NCBI GenBank assembly: GCA_041752695.1
Contig: JBGSVZ010000009.1
Span: forward strand, 32,001 to 96,000
Reading direction: 5' to 3'
Length of the DNA: 64,000 bases
Origin: Terrimicrobiaceae bacterium
GTDB taxonomy: Bacteria; Verrucomicrobiota; Verrucomicrobiia; Chthoniobacterales; Terrimicrobiaceae
Within the stretch, counting starts at the first letter, position 1; each line of letters opens with the position of its first letter. The notes below the pieces were generated by a model. It made no database searches. It was not told the DNA's origin and worked only from the letters and a program-made list of their open reading frames with translations. This document shows, piece after piece, positions 19,267-28,801 of the stretch. Position numbers and translations under genes: made by a program.

Positions 19267-19388
19267 GCGATATAGTCCCATGCCGGACTTCCGGGAGACT
19301 AGACGACCCCCCGATTGAGCACAAACGGAAAATCGAGCACCCCGGAGTCGCGTCGCCGGGGACCGCGGCTTCTCCGTCTGCCCCGCCA

Positions 19389-19823
19389 TCATACCCGCTC
19401 CAGCCCCCATGTCACCTCGCCGGAATCGAAAATTTCCAGCCAGCCCCAACTCGCCGGAGCCCCCTTGTTGGCCTTGCCCAAAGAGCCGGGATTCAAAAAA
19501 CGCGTGCTGCCGATCTTTTCGTCGCGCGGCACATGGGTGTGGCCGTGCAGGAGAAATTCCGCCCCCTCCGCCACCCGTGGCGCGATGTGGATGAGGTGGA
19601 ACGTCCGGCCGCAGCGCTCCAGCTTGAGCCGCGGCGGCAGATCGAGGCTCCAGTCGTTGTTGCCCAGCACGCCGAAAAACGGTCGCCCCAGCGCTTTCAC
19701 CGCTTGCAGCGTCGCGAGATCGCAAAAATCTCCCAAGTGCCAGATTTCATCCGCCCTCACCAACCGCGGCGCGGCGGAGACGGGCAACTTTCCGTGGGTG
19801 TCGGCGATGACAGCGATGCGCAT
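19389..19823 (-). CDS. Metallophosphoesterase (YfcE/MJ0936 family)
   Basis: ADTHG, HLGD, GNND, HGHTH and NPGS motifs. Confidence 0.9.
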   Translation of the reverse strand: MRIAVIADTHGKLPVSAAPRLVRADEIWHLGDFCDLATLQAVKALGRPFFGVLGNNDWSLDLPPRLKLERCGRTFHLIHIAPRVAEGAEFLLHGHTHVPRDEKIGSTRFLNPGSLGKANKGAPASWGWLEIFDSGEVTWGLERV

Positions 19824-19842
19824 GGGTGAGACGGATCTTGTT

Positions 19843-20490
19843 CTAGGGCTTTACGCTCCAGGAGGAGATGGGGTGTTCACGGGAATCTTTCCAGATGGCC
19901 CTTTTAATTTCCCAGGGGACATTGATGGCCTCGAGTTTCACCGTGTCCGACGGGACAAAAAGAAACTTCAAAGTGCCGCGCCGGGTTTCCTGGCCAACGT
20001 GGAGGACAACATCCGCCTCCACAGTCAGCACGCCTTCTTCCTCGGATTTCCAAGTCACCGTCCCGCGTGTCGTCCCTACGGCCTTCACTTCGCCCTGGTA
20101 TTCCCCAGGCACGAAAATCGGTGAGCCGCCCAGCCGCTCGCGGGTCAAGGCGATGACCTTGCCGTTTTCCGAACGAAAGCGCAGTTTCTCGATCACGAAA
20201 GTCCGATGCTGTCCGGCATGCCCGTAAGCGGTGATTTCCAGCCTGTACGGCCCGAAAAGACTCACCGCGCCGCCGCCGATGACCATGGCCGAGACGGCAA
20301 GTCCCCCACCCGCGCCTTCGGGCACCATCACCGCCTCAAAGGCCGTACCCTCCTGCACTAACCGCACAGGCTGGTACCCTTTCTCCGCCGTGCGCATGAT
20401 CATGCAGGAAGAACCGCCGAAGGCGACAAGCAACAGGGCCATGATTCGAGCGGCAGATCGAAAGCGGAACATGACGGCCATGATGCGCAT
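19843..20490 (-). CDS. Hypothetical protein, probable lipoprotein
   Basis: 3' part of the 502-aa ORF (its 5' part is antisense to hisC); ALLLVAFGGSSC lipobox-like; start may be 20472 or later. Confidence 0.6.
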   Translation of the reverse strand: MRIMAVMFRFRSAARIMALLLVAFGGSSCMIMRTAEKGYQPVRLVQEGTAFEAVMVPEGAGGGLAVSAMVIGGGAVSLFGPYRLEITAYGHAGQHRTFVIEKLRFRSENGKVIALTRERLGGSPIFVPGEYQGEVKAVGTTRGTVTWKSEEEGVLTVEADVVLHVGQETRRGTLKFLFVPSDTVKLEAINVPWEIKRAIWKDSREHPISSWSVKP

Positions 20491-20535
20491 TTGACGCCGC
20501 AACTGAAAACTTACAAACTTAAACCCGAAAACTTT

Positions 20536-21657
20536 ATGTGGAACACCGCGCACGAGCATGTCCTGAAACTGATCGCCTACGAACCGGGAAAACCGGTGGA
20601 AGAACTGGCCCGCGAAATGGGCCTGCAAGCTTCGGACATCATCAAACTCGCCTCCAACGAAAACCCGCTCGGTCCCTCGCCCAAGGCTCTTGCCGCCATG
20701 CGCGACGCGCTGGAGCGCGCCCATTTTTACCCCGATGGCGGCGGCTGGGCCCTGCGCAGCGCCATTGCGGAAAAGCTCGGCCTTCAGCGCGAGAACGTGA
20801 TCCTGGGCAATGGCTCCAACGAAATCATCGAATTTATTGGCCATGCGTTTTTGCGTCCGGGCGACGAGGTGGTCACCGCTCGCCACGCCTTCGCGGTCTA
20901 TATGCTGATGGCCCAACTCTTCGGGGCCAAGACCGTGGAAGTTCCCGATCCAGGCTACACCCACGACCTGGACGCCATGCTTGCCGCCGTGACGCCGCGC
21001 ACGCGCCAGCTTTTCATCGCCAATCCCAACAACCCCACCGGCACGATGGTCACGCAGGAAGCCATCGACCGCTTTATGGCCGCCGTGCCGCCGCACGTCC
21101 TGGTGATTTTTGACGAAGCGTATTTCGAGTTCCTCGACAACCCGCCGGATGTGATCAAGTTCGTCCGCGAGGGCCGCAACGTCGTGGTGATGCGCACGTT
21201 TTCCAAGATTCAGGGCCTGGCCAATTTGCGCATTGGCTACGGCCTCGCCCCCAAAGGTGTCGCGGACGTTCTGCAGAAAACCCGCCAACCGTTCAACGCC
21301 AACGGCATCGCCCAGGCCGGCGCGCTGGCGGGCCTGCAAGATCAGGACCACATGGACAAAACGCGCGAACTAACCCATCAGGGCCGTGAGTATTTCGAGG
21401 CGGAGTTCATCGCCATGGGAGTGGAATACGTGCCAAGCGTGGCCAATTTTGTCCTGGCCCGCGTGGGCGACGGTGACGCCGTTTTTCAGGCCCTGCTCAA
21501 GCGCGGGATCATCGTGCGCGCCATGCGCAGTTACAAAATGCCGGATTGGATCCGCGTCTCCGTCGGGACGATGGAGCAAAATCAGCGTTTCATCGCCGAA
21601 ATGAAAATCCTCGACGCCCAGGGACTCATCCCGCACGCCGCTACAGCCACGGCGTAA
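20536..21657 (+). CDS. hisC: Histidinol-phosphate aminotransferase
   Basis: KLASNENPLG, GNGSNE, NPNNPTG, DEAY and RTFSKIQGLANLRIGY (PLP lysine). Confidence 0.95.
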   Translation: MWNTAHEHVLKLIAYEPGKPVEELAREMGLQASDIIKLASNENPLGPSPKALAAMRDALERAHFYPDGGGWALRSAIAEKLGLQRENVILGNGSNEIIEFIGHAFLRPGDEVVTARHAFAVYMLMAQLFGAKTVEVPDPGYTHDLDAMLAAVTPRTRQLFIANPNNPTGTMVTQEAIDRFMAAVPPHVLVIFDEAYFEFLDNPPDVIKFVREGRNVVVMRTFSKIQGLANLRIGYGLAPKGVADVLQKTRQPFNANGIAQAGALAGLQDQDHMDKTRELTHQGREYFEAEFIAMGVEYVPSVANFVLARVGDGDAVFQALLKRGIIVRAMRSYKMPDWIRVSVGTMEQNQRFIAEMKILDAQGLIPHAATATA

Positions 21658-21660
21658 TCT

Positions 21661-22998
21661 GTGCTCGCCGACGACACCATCGCCGCCATCTCGACGCCTC
21701 CCGGCGAGGGCGCCATCGCGGTCATCCGCCTCACGGGGCCGGAGGCCATCGCGCTGGCGACGGGGATCTTTCGCGGAAGTGCGGCGAATCTCCCGGCTAG
21801 GACGCTGCACTTCGGCGAGTTCGCGGAAAACGGCGAGCGCCTCGACGAGGGCCTGCTGGCGGTCTTTCGCGCGCCACGCAGCTACACAGGTGAGAACATG
21901 GCCGAGATCCATTGCCATGGGGGCATCCTCGTCACCGCCCGCCTGCTGGAGGCCCTGCTGCGCGCCGGCGCACGGGCGGCGGAACCCGGCGAGTTCACCC
22001 AACGCGCCTTCCTCAACGGCAAGATGGACCTCACCCAGGCCGAAGCGGTGATGGATGTGATCCGCGCCAGCACCCCACGCGCGCTCCGCGCCGCCAGCGA
22101 GCAACTCGAAGGACGACTCGGCTCCGAAGTCGAAAAAATTCGCACCGCCCTCCTCGCCGTCGTTGCCCACCTCGAGGCCTATATTGATTTCCCCGAAGAA
22201 GGCATCTCGCCCCATGTGGGTGAGGCACTTCTCAAGGACATTCGTTCCGTCCAGGCCCAGGTGAACACCTTGCTCGGCACCGCCCGCGAAGGCCGCATCC
22301 TGCGGGAAGGGGTGCGCCTTGTCCTCTGCGGCGCGCCCAATGCCGGAAAATCCAGCCTGCTCAACCGCCTCCTCGGTTTCGAGCGCGCCATCGTCAGCGA
22401 GATCGCCGGCACCACCCGCGACACCATCGAGGAATTCGCCAGCCTGCATGGACTCCCTTTTCGCATCACCGACACCGCGGGCCTGCGCGAAACGACCGAC
22501 GCCGTGGAACACGAGGGCGTCGAGCGGGCCAAAAAAGCCATCGAAGCCGCCGACGTCGTCGTTCATGTCATCGACATCACCGCCCCCGCCTCTCCGGAAA
22601 TCGCCGCAAACGAAATCGTCGCCCTCAATAAAGCCGACCTCCTTCCGCCGGAAGCTATCAAAAATCAAAAATCAAAAATCAAAAATTCCCTTCCGGTTTC
22701 CTCACTGACCGGCGACGGTCTCCCCGCTCTCGTTGATGCCATCGTGACGGCCGCCCGTGGCAGTTCGCCCTCCGACGCGCCGACCCTGGCCGCGATCAAC
22801 GCCCGCCACCAAGCCTGCCTCGATCATGCGCGCACGTTTCTCGACCAGGCCGCGACCGACCTGAAAAACGGAGCCGATCCCGAACTCGTCGCCGTCCCTC
22901 TGCGTCAGGCCCTGGACGCCGTGAGCGAAATCGTGGGCGTGACAGATATCGAGGACATCCTCGGTCAGATTTTCAGCAGCTTTTGCATCGGAAAATGA
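21661..22998 (+). CDS. mnmE: tRNA uridine-34 modification GTPase
   Basis: DTIAAISTP, SYTGE, GAPNAGKSS, GTTRD, DTAG, NKAD and C-terminal FCIGK; GTG start. Confidence 0.96.
   Translation: MLADDTIAAISTPPGEGAIAVIRLTGPEAIALATGIFRGSAANLPARTLHFGEFAENGERLDEGLLAVFRAPRSYTGENMAEIHCHGGILVTARLLEALLRAGARAAEPGEFTQRAFLNGKMDLTQAEAVMDVIRASTPRALRAASEQLEGRLGSEVEKIRTALLAVVAHLEAYIDFPEEGISPHVGEALLKDIRSVQAQVNTLLGTAREGRILREGVRLVLCGAPNAGKSSLLNRLLGFERAIVSEIAGTTRDTIEEFASLHGLPFRITDTAGLRETTDAVEHEGVERAKKAIEAADVVVHVIDITAPASPEIAANEIVALNKADLLPPEAIKNQKSKIKNSLPVSSLTGDGLPALVDAIVTAARGSSPSDAPTLAAINARHQACLDHARTFLDQAATDLKNGADPELVAVPLRQALDAVSEIVGVTDIEDILGQIFSSFCIGK
22657..22687 (+). repeat. (ATCAAAA)x4 tandem heptamer inside mnmE
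   Basis: Four perfect copies at 22657-22684, translated IKNQKSKIKN. Confidence 0.9.
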
Positions 22999-23999
22999 AT
23001 CCCTACACCGCCATTCTACGCCCGCTCCTGTTCCGCATGGATGCGGAGTCCGCCCACCATTTTGCCTTGCGCCAACTTTCGCTGATCCCGCCGGCTCTAT
23101 TGCGGATGTTCTTTGGCGGTGGGGCGGCGCGGCCGACGAAGGAATTCGGCCTGACCTTCCCCAATCCGGTCGGCCTTGCGGCCGGCATGGACAAAAACGC
23201 CGTCGCCCTGCCGGGGTGGGAGGCGCTGGGGTTTGGATTCGTTGAGATCGGCACCATCACGGCCCACGCCCAGCCGGGCAATCCCCAGCCGCGCATTTTC
23301 CGCTATCCGGACAAGCAGGCCCTGATCAACCGCATGGGGTTTAACAACGACGGCGCGGAGGCCGTGGCCGCCCGGCTGGAACGTCTGAAAAAATCCGGAC
23401 GCTGGCCACACATCCCCGTCGGGATCAATCTCGGCAAATCCAAGATCACTCCCATCGAGGAGGCGGCGGCCGATTATTTGCAAAGCTTCCGTCTGTTGAA
23501 AAACTACGGCGACTATTTCGTGATCAACGTCAGTTCGCCCAACACCCCCGGACTGCGCGATCTGCAGGAAACCGGCCGCCTGCGCGAAATCATCCGCGCG
23601 CTGTCGCCCGAACGCGACGGCAAACCCCTCCTCGTCAAGATCGCGCCCGACCTCGCCGACGAACAGGCCGCGGAAATCGGCGTCCTCGCCGAAGAAGAAG
23701 GCCTCTCCGGCCTCATCGCCACCAACACCACCCTCGACCATTCCTCCATCCCTGCGGAGCGCAATGAAACCGGCGGCTTGAGCGGTGCCCCGCTGCGTGG
23801 ACGCGCCACCGCCATGCTTGCGCACCTTAAAAACCACACCGCACTCCCCATCGTCGCCTCGGGCGGGGTGATGGACGCGGCGTCCGCCCGGGAGAAGTTT
23901 GACGCCGGAGCCCGACTCGTCCAAATCTACACGGGCTTCGTTTATCAAGGACCACAACTCATCCGCGAGATCGCTTCGCTCAATTTCAACCATTCTTAA
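22995..23999 (+). CDS. pyrD: Quinone-dependent dihydroorotate dehydrogenase
   Basis: GLAAGMDKN, NRMGFNN, NVSSPNTPGLR, VKIAPD and GGLSG motifs; ATGA overlap with mnmE. Confidence 0.95.
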   Translation: MNPYTAILRPLLFRMDAESAHHFALRQLSLIPPALLRMFFGGGAARPTKEFGLTFPNPVGLAAGMDKNAVALPGWEALGFGFVEIGTITAHAQPGNPQPRIFRYPDKQALINRMGFNNDGAEAVAARLERLKKSGRWPHIPVGINLGKSKITPIEEAAADYLQSFRLLKNYGDYFVINVSSPNTPGLRDLQETGRLREIIRALSPERDGKPLLVKIAPDLADEQAAEIGVLAEEEGLSGLIATNTTLDHSSIPAERNETGGLSGAPLRGRATAMLAHLKNHTALPIVASGGVMDAASAREKFDAGARLVQIYTGFVYQGPQLIREIASLNFNHS

Positions 24000-24009
24000 A
24001 CCGCACCCC

Positions 24010-24882
24010 ATGTCTGACTGGAAATCCCAAACCCTCACCCTTGGCCACTCGCCCGACCCCGACGACGCCTTCATGTTTTACGCCATGGCGCAGGAAAAAA
24101 TCGACCTGCGGGGCTATAAATTCCAGCACATCCTCCAGGACATTCAGACGCTGAACGAGCGCGCCACCCGCAGCGAACTCCACATCACTGCCGTGTCGAT
24201 TCATGCCCTAGCCTACCTCCTCGACAAATATGCCCTGCTGCCCAGCGGCGCGAGCATGGGTGACGGCTACGGCCCCATGTTTGTCGCGAAGGAAGGCCCC
24301 CCGGAAACCGCCTCCGACGAGGACCGCAAAGCCTGGCTGCTTGGAAAAAAAATCGCCATCCCTGGTCGTATGACCAGCGCGTTCCTCGCCGCCCAGTTAT
24401 TTCTCGGGCGGGATTTTGATTTCATCGTCGTGCCCTTCGACGAAATCTTCGCCGCCGTGCATTCCGGCAAGGCGGAGGTCGGTCTGATCATCCACGAAGG
24501 TCAGCTTACCTATCAGGATGAAGGATTCGTCAACATCCTCGACCTCGGCGAATGGTGGAAACGCACCCGCCATCTTCCCCTGCCCCTTGGCGGCAATGTC
24601 GTGCGCAAGGACATCCCGCGTGACGTGCAACTCGAACTCGCCGACATCCTCCACGAAAGCATCGCTTACGGACTGAAAGACCGCGCCCCGGCCGTCAGCC
24701 ACAGCATGGCTCACGCCCGCGGCATGGACATCCCGCTGGCGGATCAATTCATCGGGATGTACGTCAACGACTACACCCTCGACTACGGCGATAGGGGACG
24801 CGCCGCCATCCGGCAGTTCCTCGGCGAGGCCGCCGAGGCAAAACTCATTCCGGCCATCCGGGAGTTGGAGTTTGTGGAATAG
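24010..24882 (+). CDS. mqnD: 1,4-dihydroxy-6-naphthoate synthase (futalosine menaquinone pathway)
   Basis: GHSPDPDDAFMF, GDGYGP, IIHEGQLTY, LPLPLG and YVNDYT motifs. Confidence 0.9.
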   Translation: MSDWKSQTLTLGHSPDPDDAFMFYAMAQEKIDLRGYKFQHILQDIQTLNERATRSELHITAVSIHALAYLLDKYALLPSGASMGDGYGPMFVAKEGPPETASDEDRKAWLLGKKIAIPGRMTSAFLAAQLFLGRDFDFIVVPFDEIFAAVHSGKAEVGLIIHEGQLTYQDEGFVNILDLGEWWKRTRHLPLPLGGNVVRKDIPRDVQLELADILHESIAYGLKDRAPAVSHSMAHARGMDIPLADQFIGMYVNDYTLDYGDRGRAAIRQFLGEAAEAKLIPAIRELEFVE

Positions 24883-25891
24883 CTGCCAGCATCTCATCCG
24901 CCGCCCGGGAACACCCGCGCGGCAGCGCAGCGGGATCGCGGCCGAGTAGCTCGAATCCCGCACCCCGCCGGACGGCAAGGTCGCGGGTTTGCAGCACACA
25001 GCAGGATCCGACATTGGCGAGGTCAAAAATCCGCAATACCCCGGTTTCGCCTTCGGCCACTTCGCGATCCGTCTCGGGATCCAAGACAAGCGCCCTCACC
25101 CAAGGGGCGCCGTTATGCGGCCGCCCCAGCCCGTTCGTGTAAAATTGCGAACTCAACTCGGTCATGCCGTATTCATTCCAGACCGCTTCCGGCGGCAATC
25201 CCAGCCGCGCTTCGAACAAAGCGTAAAGATCCGCCTTGGGCAGATCCCGCCGCGTTCCTTTGTAGCCACCGGTCTCCACCGCAAGGGAGCCAGAGGGAAG
25301 AGCAAACCGGCTTTCTCCCAACCCTGCAAAAAAGTCGAGAAATGCCAGAGCGGTGCCGAAGAGTAAAAGCGGACGTTCCGCCGCGGCAATGCGGGCGACA
25401 AGATCTTCCCAACGGCCGAGAAAAAAATTCTCCGGAGGCGACAGCCACGCTGCCATGCAACTGAGCGAGGAGTGCGGGGCCTCGTCCGGCGTGGGCAGGA
25501 GGCAAAGGGTTTCGAGGGTGGGCAGACCGGCATGTTTCCATCCCCCCAAAGCCGCCCCCCGGTAGAGTTCCAGCGTCATGAGATCGTGGACACCATGCCC
25601 CTCACCCGTCGTTCCGCTGGTGTGAAAGGAACGCACGATTTCGTCCGGCGGAAAACACCGGATGGCCGCATGACGGAACGCCGACAGCGGCAGCGCGGGA
25701 ATCTCCCGCCAGCACTCGGGATCAGGCAACGCGGCGCAATAGGCTCCATAGGCCGGACAATATTGCCGCTGCACCCTGTGGGCCTTCATCAGCAGGTCCC
25801 CGAAATCGCCTTGCTTGTCCCGAATGAAACCCAGAGTATTTTCCGCCAATGCAGCCAGCGCGTCATAGTGGCCTGATTTCTGCTTGCTCAT
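24845..25891 (-). CDS. LuxE-like acyl-protein synthetase / adenylate-forming protein
   Basis: FHTSGTTG, ETGGYKG, NEYGMTELSSQFY, DLAN...TRDL and LLGR...RGCS. Confidence 0.82.
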   Translation of the reverse strand: MSKQKSGHYDALAALAENTLGFIRDKQGDFGDLLMKAHRVQRQYCPAYGAYCAALPDPECWREIPALPLSAFRHAAIRCFPPDEIVRSFHTSGTTGEGHGVHDLMTLELYRGAALGGWKHAGLPTLETLCLLPTPDEAPHSSLSCMAAWLSPPENFFLGRWEDLVARIAAAERPLLLFGTALAFLDFFAGLGESRFALPSGSLAVETGGYKGTRRDLPKADLYALFEARLGLPPEAVWNEYGMTELSSQFYTNGLGRPHNGAPWVRALVLDPETDREVAEGETGVLRIFDLANVGSCCVLQTRDLAVRRGAGFELLGRDPAALPRGCSRAADEMLAAIPQTPTPGWPE

Positions 25892-25951
25892 CGGATTATG
25901 GCAGAATTGTCACACACGGTTCCCCCGATTTCCAAGTAAAGAGGTTCTGAG

Positions 25952-28801
25952 ATGGTTCGGGTGTTTTTGGTCATGGGTGTTTCGTTCTGCTGCGCATTGG
26001 CGGCGGCTCACGCGCAACCTGCCGCCTCGGCCAACGACGCCAATCTCACCGCCGAGGAACTTTCCGTCAACGCCAGCCAGCTCTACGCCGCGGGGAAATA
26101 TCAGGAAGCCGCCGACAAATACCGCGCGTTCATCAGCGCCTACGGCAAAGCCAAGGAGGCGCAGGCCGCCGTCCGCCTCATGCGCTACCCCCTGGCCATG
26201 AGCCTGCTGCAGTTGCAAAAATTCTCCGACGCGCAGGAAGCGATCACGGAAGCCCTGGCCAACGACCCGCCCATCGCCCAGCAGGAAAAGCAGGACCTAA
26301 CATTTTGGAAAGGCGTCTGCGAGATGCAGGACAAGGATTACGAGGCCGCCCGGAAGTCCTTCGAGCAATTTCTCGCGCTCTTCCCCCCCGGTTCGGAACG
26401 GAGCCCGAACTACCTCGCGCAATTTCCCGCCGCTCAAAAAATTCCCGAAGCGAAACTCCTGATCGGCACTGCGTTTCTGCTCGATGAGAAATACAACGAG
26501 GCCGCGGAATACCTCGTCGGAACGAAACCCAGCCTCACGCCCTCCAACCGCGGCCGCGCCGCCGTGCTGGAACTCTATGCCCTTCTCGAAGCCAACGAAG
26601 AGGACAAAGCAATGGCCCTCGTCGAGAAAGAATATCCGCGCATGGGCGATCTTCTCCAACTCGTCACCTTTCAGACTCTCACCCTCGAACTTGGCTCCCG
26701 CTATCTTGAGAAAAAGGAACTTCGCAAAGCCATCATCGCCCTGCAACGGATCTGGTCCGCTGAGCGTCTCCTCCGTCATCAGGAAAGCCGCCTCGCCGAT
26801 CTCACCTCAAAGCTCCAGGCCGCCGAAGCCAATCCCGTCGGAGACCCCTATCTGAAATTCCAGCTCGGCCAGATGATCGCCAAGGTGAAACGGGAAGTGG
26901 AAACGTTTCAAAAAATCCCCAACTTCGATTCCGCCCTGCGCCTTCGGCTCGCGACCGCCTACCAGGGCATGAAGCGCTACCGCGAGGCCGCCCTCATCAT
27001 GGAGGCCATGCTCAACGAAATGCCAGCCGACCCGGTGGTGGAATCCGCCAGCGTGAATCTCGTCCAGTCGTGGAATCAGATCGAACGCTGGCCCAAGGCC
27101 ATTGAAGCCGCGCAGATCTTCGGGGAAAAATTCCCCAAGTCCCCCAGCGTGCCGCTCGTGCTCTATCTCCAGGGCATCGCCGAACAAAAGGATCTGCGCT
27201 ACAACGACGCCGTCGCCACGTTTGAGACGATCACGAAAAAATTCCCAAAGTCCGAGTTCGCCCCCCGCGCTCAATTCATGGAGGGCTTCTCGCTCCTCCT
27301 TGCCGAACGCAACAAGGAGGCCATCGCCGCCTTTGAAGAATTCCCCAAGGCCTATCCCGACCACGAGATGCGCGAATCCGCGGCCTACTGGCGCGGCATG
27401 GCGTATTCCCTCGACAAACAATACGTCCGCTCCCGCGAGGTGATGGACGAATACCTGGCCAAATACCCCGACGGTCTGCACCGCGGGGACGCCGATTTCC
27501 GCAAGGCCTACTGCGCCCAGCAACTCGAGGATTACGCCACCAGCATCAAGGAACTTTACACCTTTCTGCGCAAACACCCCGGCCACGAAAACATCGCCGA
27601 GGCCCGCGTCCTTCTCGGCGACGCCCTGATGAACGAAGGCCGCATGGACGAAGGCATAGCGGCCTTTGCCGGCATCCCCAAAACCGAGCCCCGCTTTTAC
27701 GAGGAAGGCGTCTTCAAGGTCGGCAAGGCTTACAAACTCATGGAGGAATACGGCAAACTGCGCGACCACATGACCGACTTCGCCGCCGTGAGCCCGCGCA
27801 GTCCGCGCGTGGCCGAGGCCATTTACAATATTGGCTGGGTGTATCGTCAGGAAGGGGACACGGCCAAGGCGCGCGACGTGTATTGGAACGCCATCAGCGA
27901 ATACGGGGACGACGCGGAGATCCGTTCCGTGGACGATCTTTTTCCCGCCTTGGGCAAACTTTACAAAGGCCCCGAGGAAACCGCCCAATACCTGGCCCGC
28001 CTGCGCGATCTCCGCGAAGAGGCTGCCACCGAAAAGAAAAACACCCTCGCCATGCGCGCCCTCTGGGCCCAGGCCTTCGCCCAACGCAAATCCGACCCCG
28101 CCCGCGCCCAGGAACTCCTGCTCGAAGCCGCCCCGCTGGCCAACGTCCAAACCACCAATCCGCTCCTCCTCGCCGATTTCGCCGGGGCCTACATGGCCAC
28201 TGGCCGCGACAAGGAAGCCGAACAGATGTGGCGCGACCTCGTAAAGTGGAATCCGCGCGCCCCGCAAAAGGACCGCGCTTTTGCCGCCCTTGGGATGCTG
28301 GAACTGGAACGCGGCAACGAGAAGGCCGCCCTCGCGTATTTCGACCGCTTCGAACGCGAGACGATGGGGTCGGTTATTTTCGGCAAGACCCTTCTCGCCA
28401 AAGCCCAGTTGCTGGATTCCCGCGGTCTCTACCCCGATGCCCGCAAGACCCTCGAAGCCGTCCTTGCCAGCACCTCCTCCACCGGACAGGAAAAAGCCGA
28501 GGCCCTCTTCCGCATCGGCGACATCTACATGCGCGAAGGCAAACCCCAGCTCGCCGTGCCCTACTTCCAACGCATCTACGTCATGCACGGCCGCTGGCGC
28601 GACTGGGTCGCCCGCGCTTATCTCCGCAGCGGCGAGGCCTTCGAAAAACTTAAGGACGACCTTAGCGCCCGCCGCACCTACCAGGAACTTTCGGAAAAAG
28701 AAGAACTCGCCGACCTCCAGGAAACCGCCCAGGCCCGCAAACGCCTCGAAGCCCTCGGAGGCCCCCTCCCCAAAGCCGAACCCACCCCCGCGCAAGGATG
28801 A
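25952..28801 (+). CDS. Large secreted tetratricopeptide-repeat protein
   Basis: Signal peptide (AHA-QP); many TPR units with K(F/Y)PxS turns, CpoB/BamD-like. Confidence 0.9.
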   Translation: MVRVFLVMGVSFCCALAAAHAQPAASANDANLTAEELSVNASQLYAAGKYQEAADKYRAFISAYGKAKEAQAAVRLMRYPLAMSLLQLQKFSDAQEAITEALANDPPIAQQEKQDLTFWKGVCEMQDKDYEAARKSFEQFLALFPPGSERSPNYLAQFPAAQKIPEAKLLIGTAFLLDEKYNEAAEYLVGTKPSLTPSNRGRAAVLELYALLEANEEDKAMALVEKEYPRMGDLLQLVTFQTLTLELGSRYLEKKELRKAIIALQRIWSAERLLRHQESRLADLTSKLQAAEANPVGDPYLKFQLGQMIAKVKREVETFQKIPNFDSALRLRLATAYQGMKRYREAALIMEAMLNEMPADPVVESASVNLVQSWNQIERWPKAIEAAQIFGEKFPKSPSVPLVLYLQGIAEQKDLRYNDAVATFETITKKFPKSEFAPRAQFMEGFSLLLAERNKEAIAAFEEFPKAYPDHEMRESAAYWRGMAYSLDKQYVRSREVMDEYLAKYPDGLHRGDADFRKAYCAQQLEDYATSIKELYTFLRKHPGHENIAEARVLLGDALMNEGRMDEGIAAFAGIPKTEPRFYEEGVFKVGKAYKLMEEYGKLRDHMTDFAAVSPRSPRVAEAIYNIGWVYRQEGDTAKARDVYWNAISEYGDDAEIRSVDDLFPALGKLYKGPEETAQYLARLRDLREEAATEKKNTLAMRALWAQAFAQRKSDPARAQELLLEAAPLANVQTTNPLLLADFAGAYMATGRDKEAEQMWRDLVKWNPRAPQKDRAFAALGMLELERGNEKAALAYFDRFERETMGSVIFGKTLLAKAQLLDSRGLYPDARKTLEAVLASTSSTGQEKAEALFRIGDIYMREGKPQLAVPYFQRIYVMHGRWRDWVARAYLRSGEAFEKLKDDLSARRTYQELSEKEELADLQETAQARKRLEALGGPLPKAEPTPAQG

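Noticed and set aside
24845..25891. Bioluminescence locus
   Set aside because: Only a LuxE-like gene; no luxAB, luxC or luxD.
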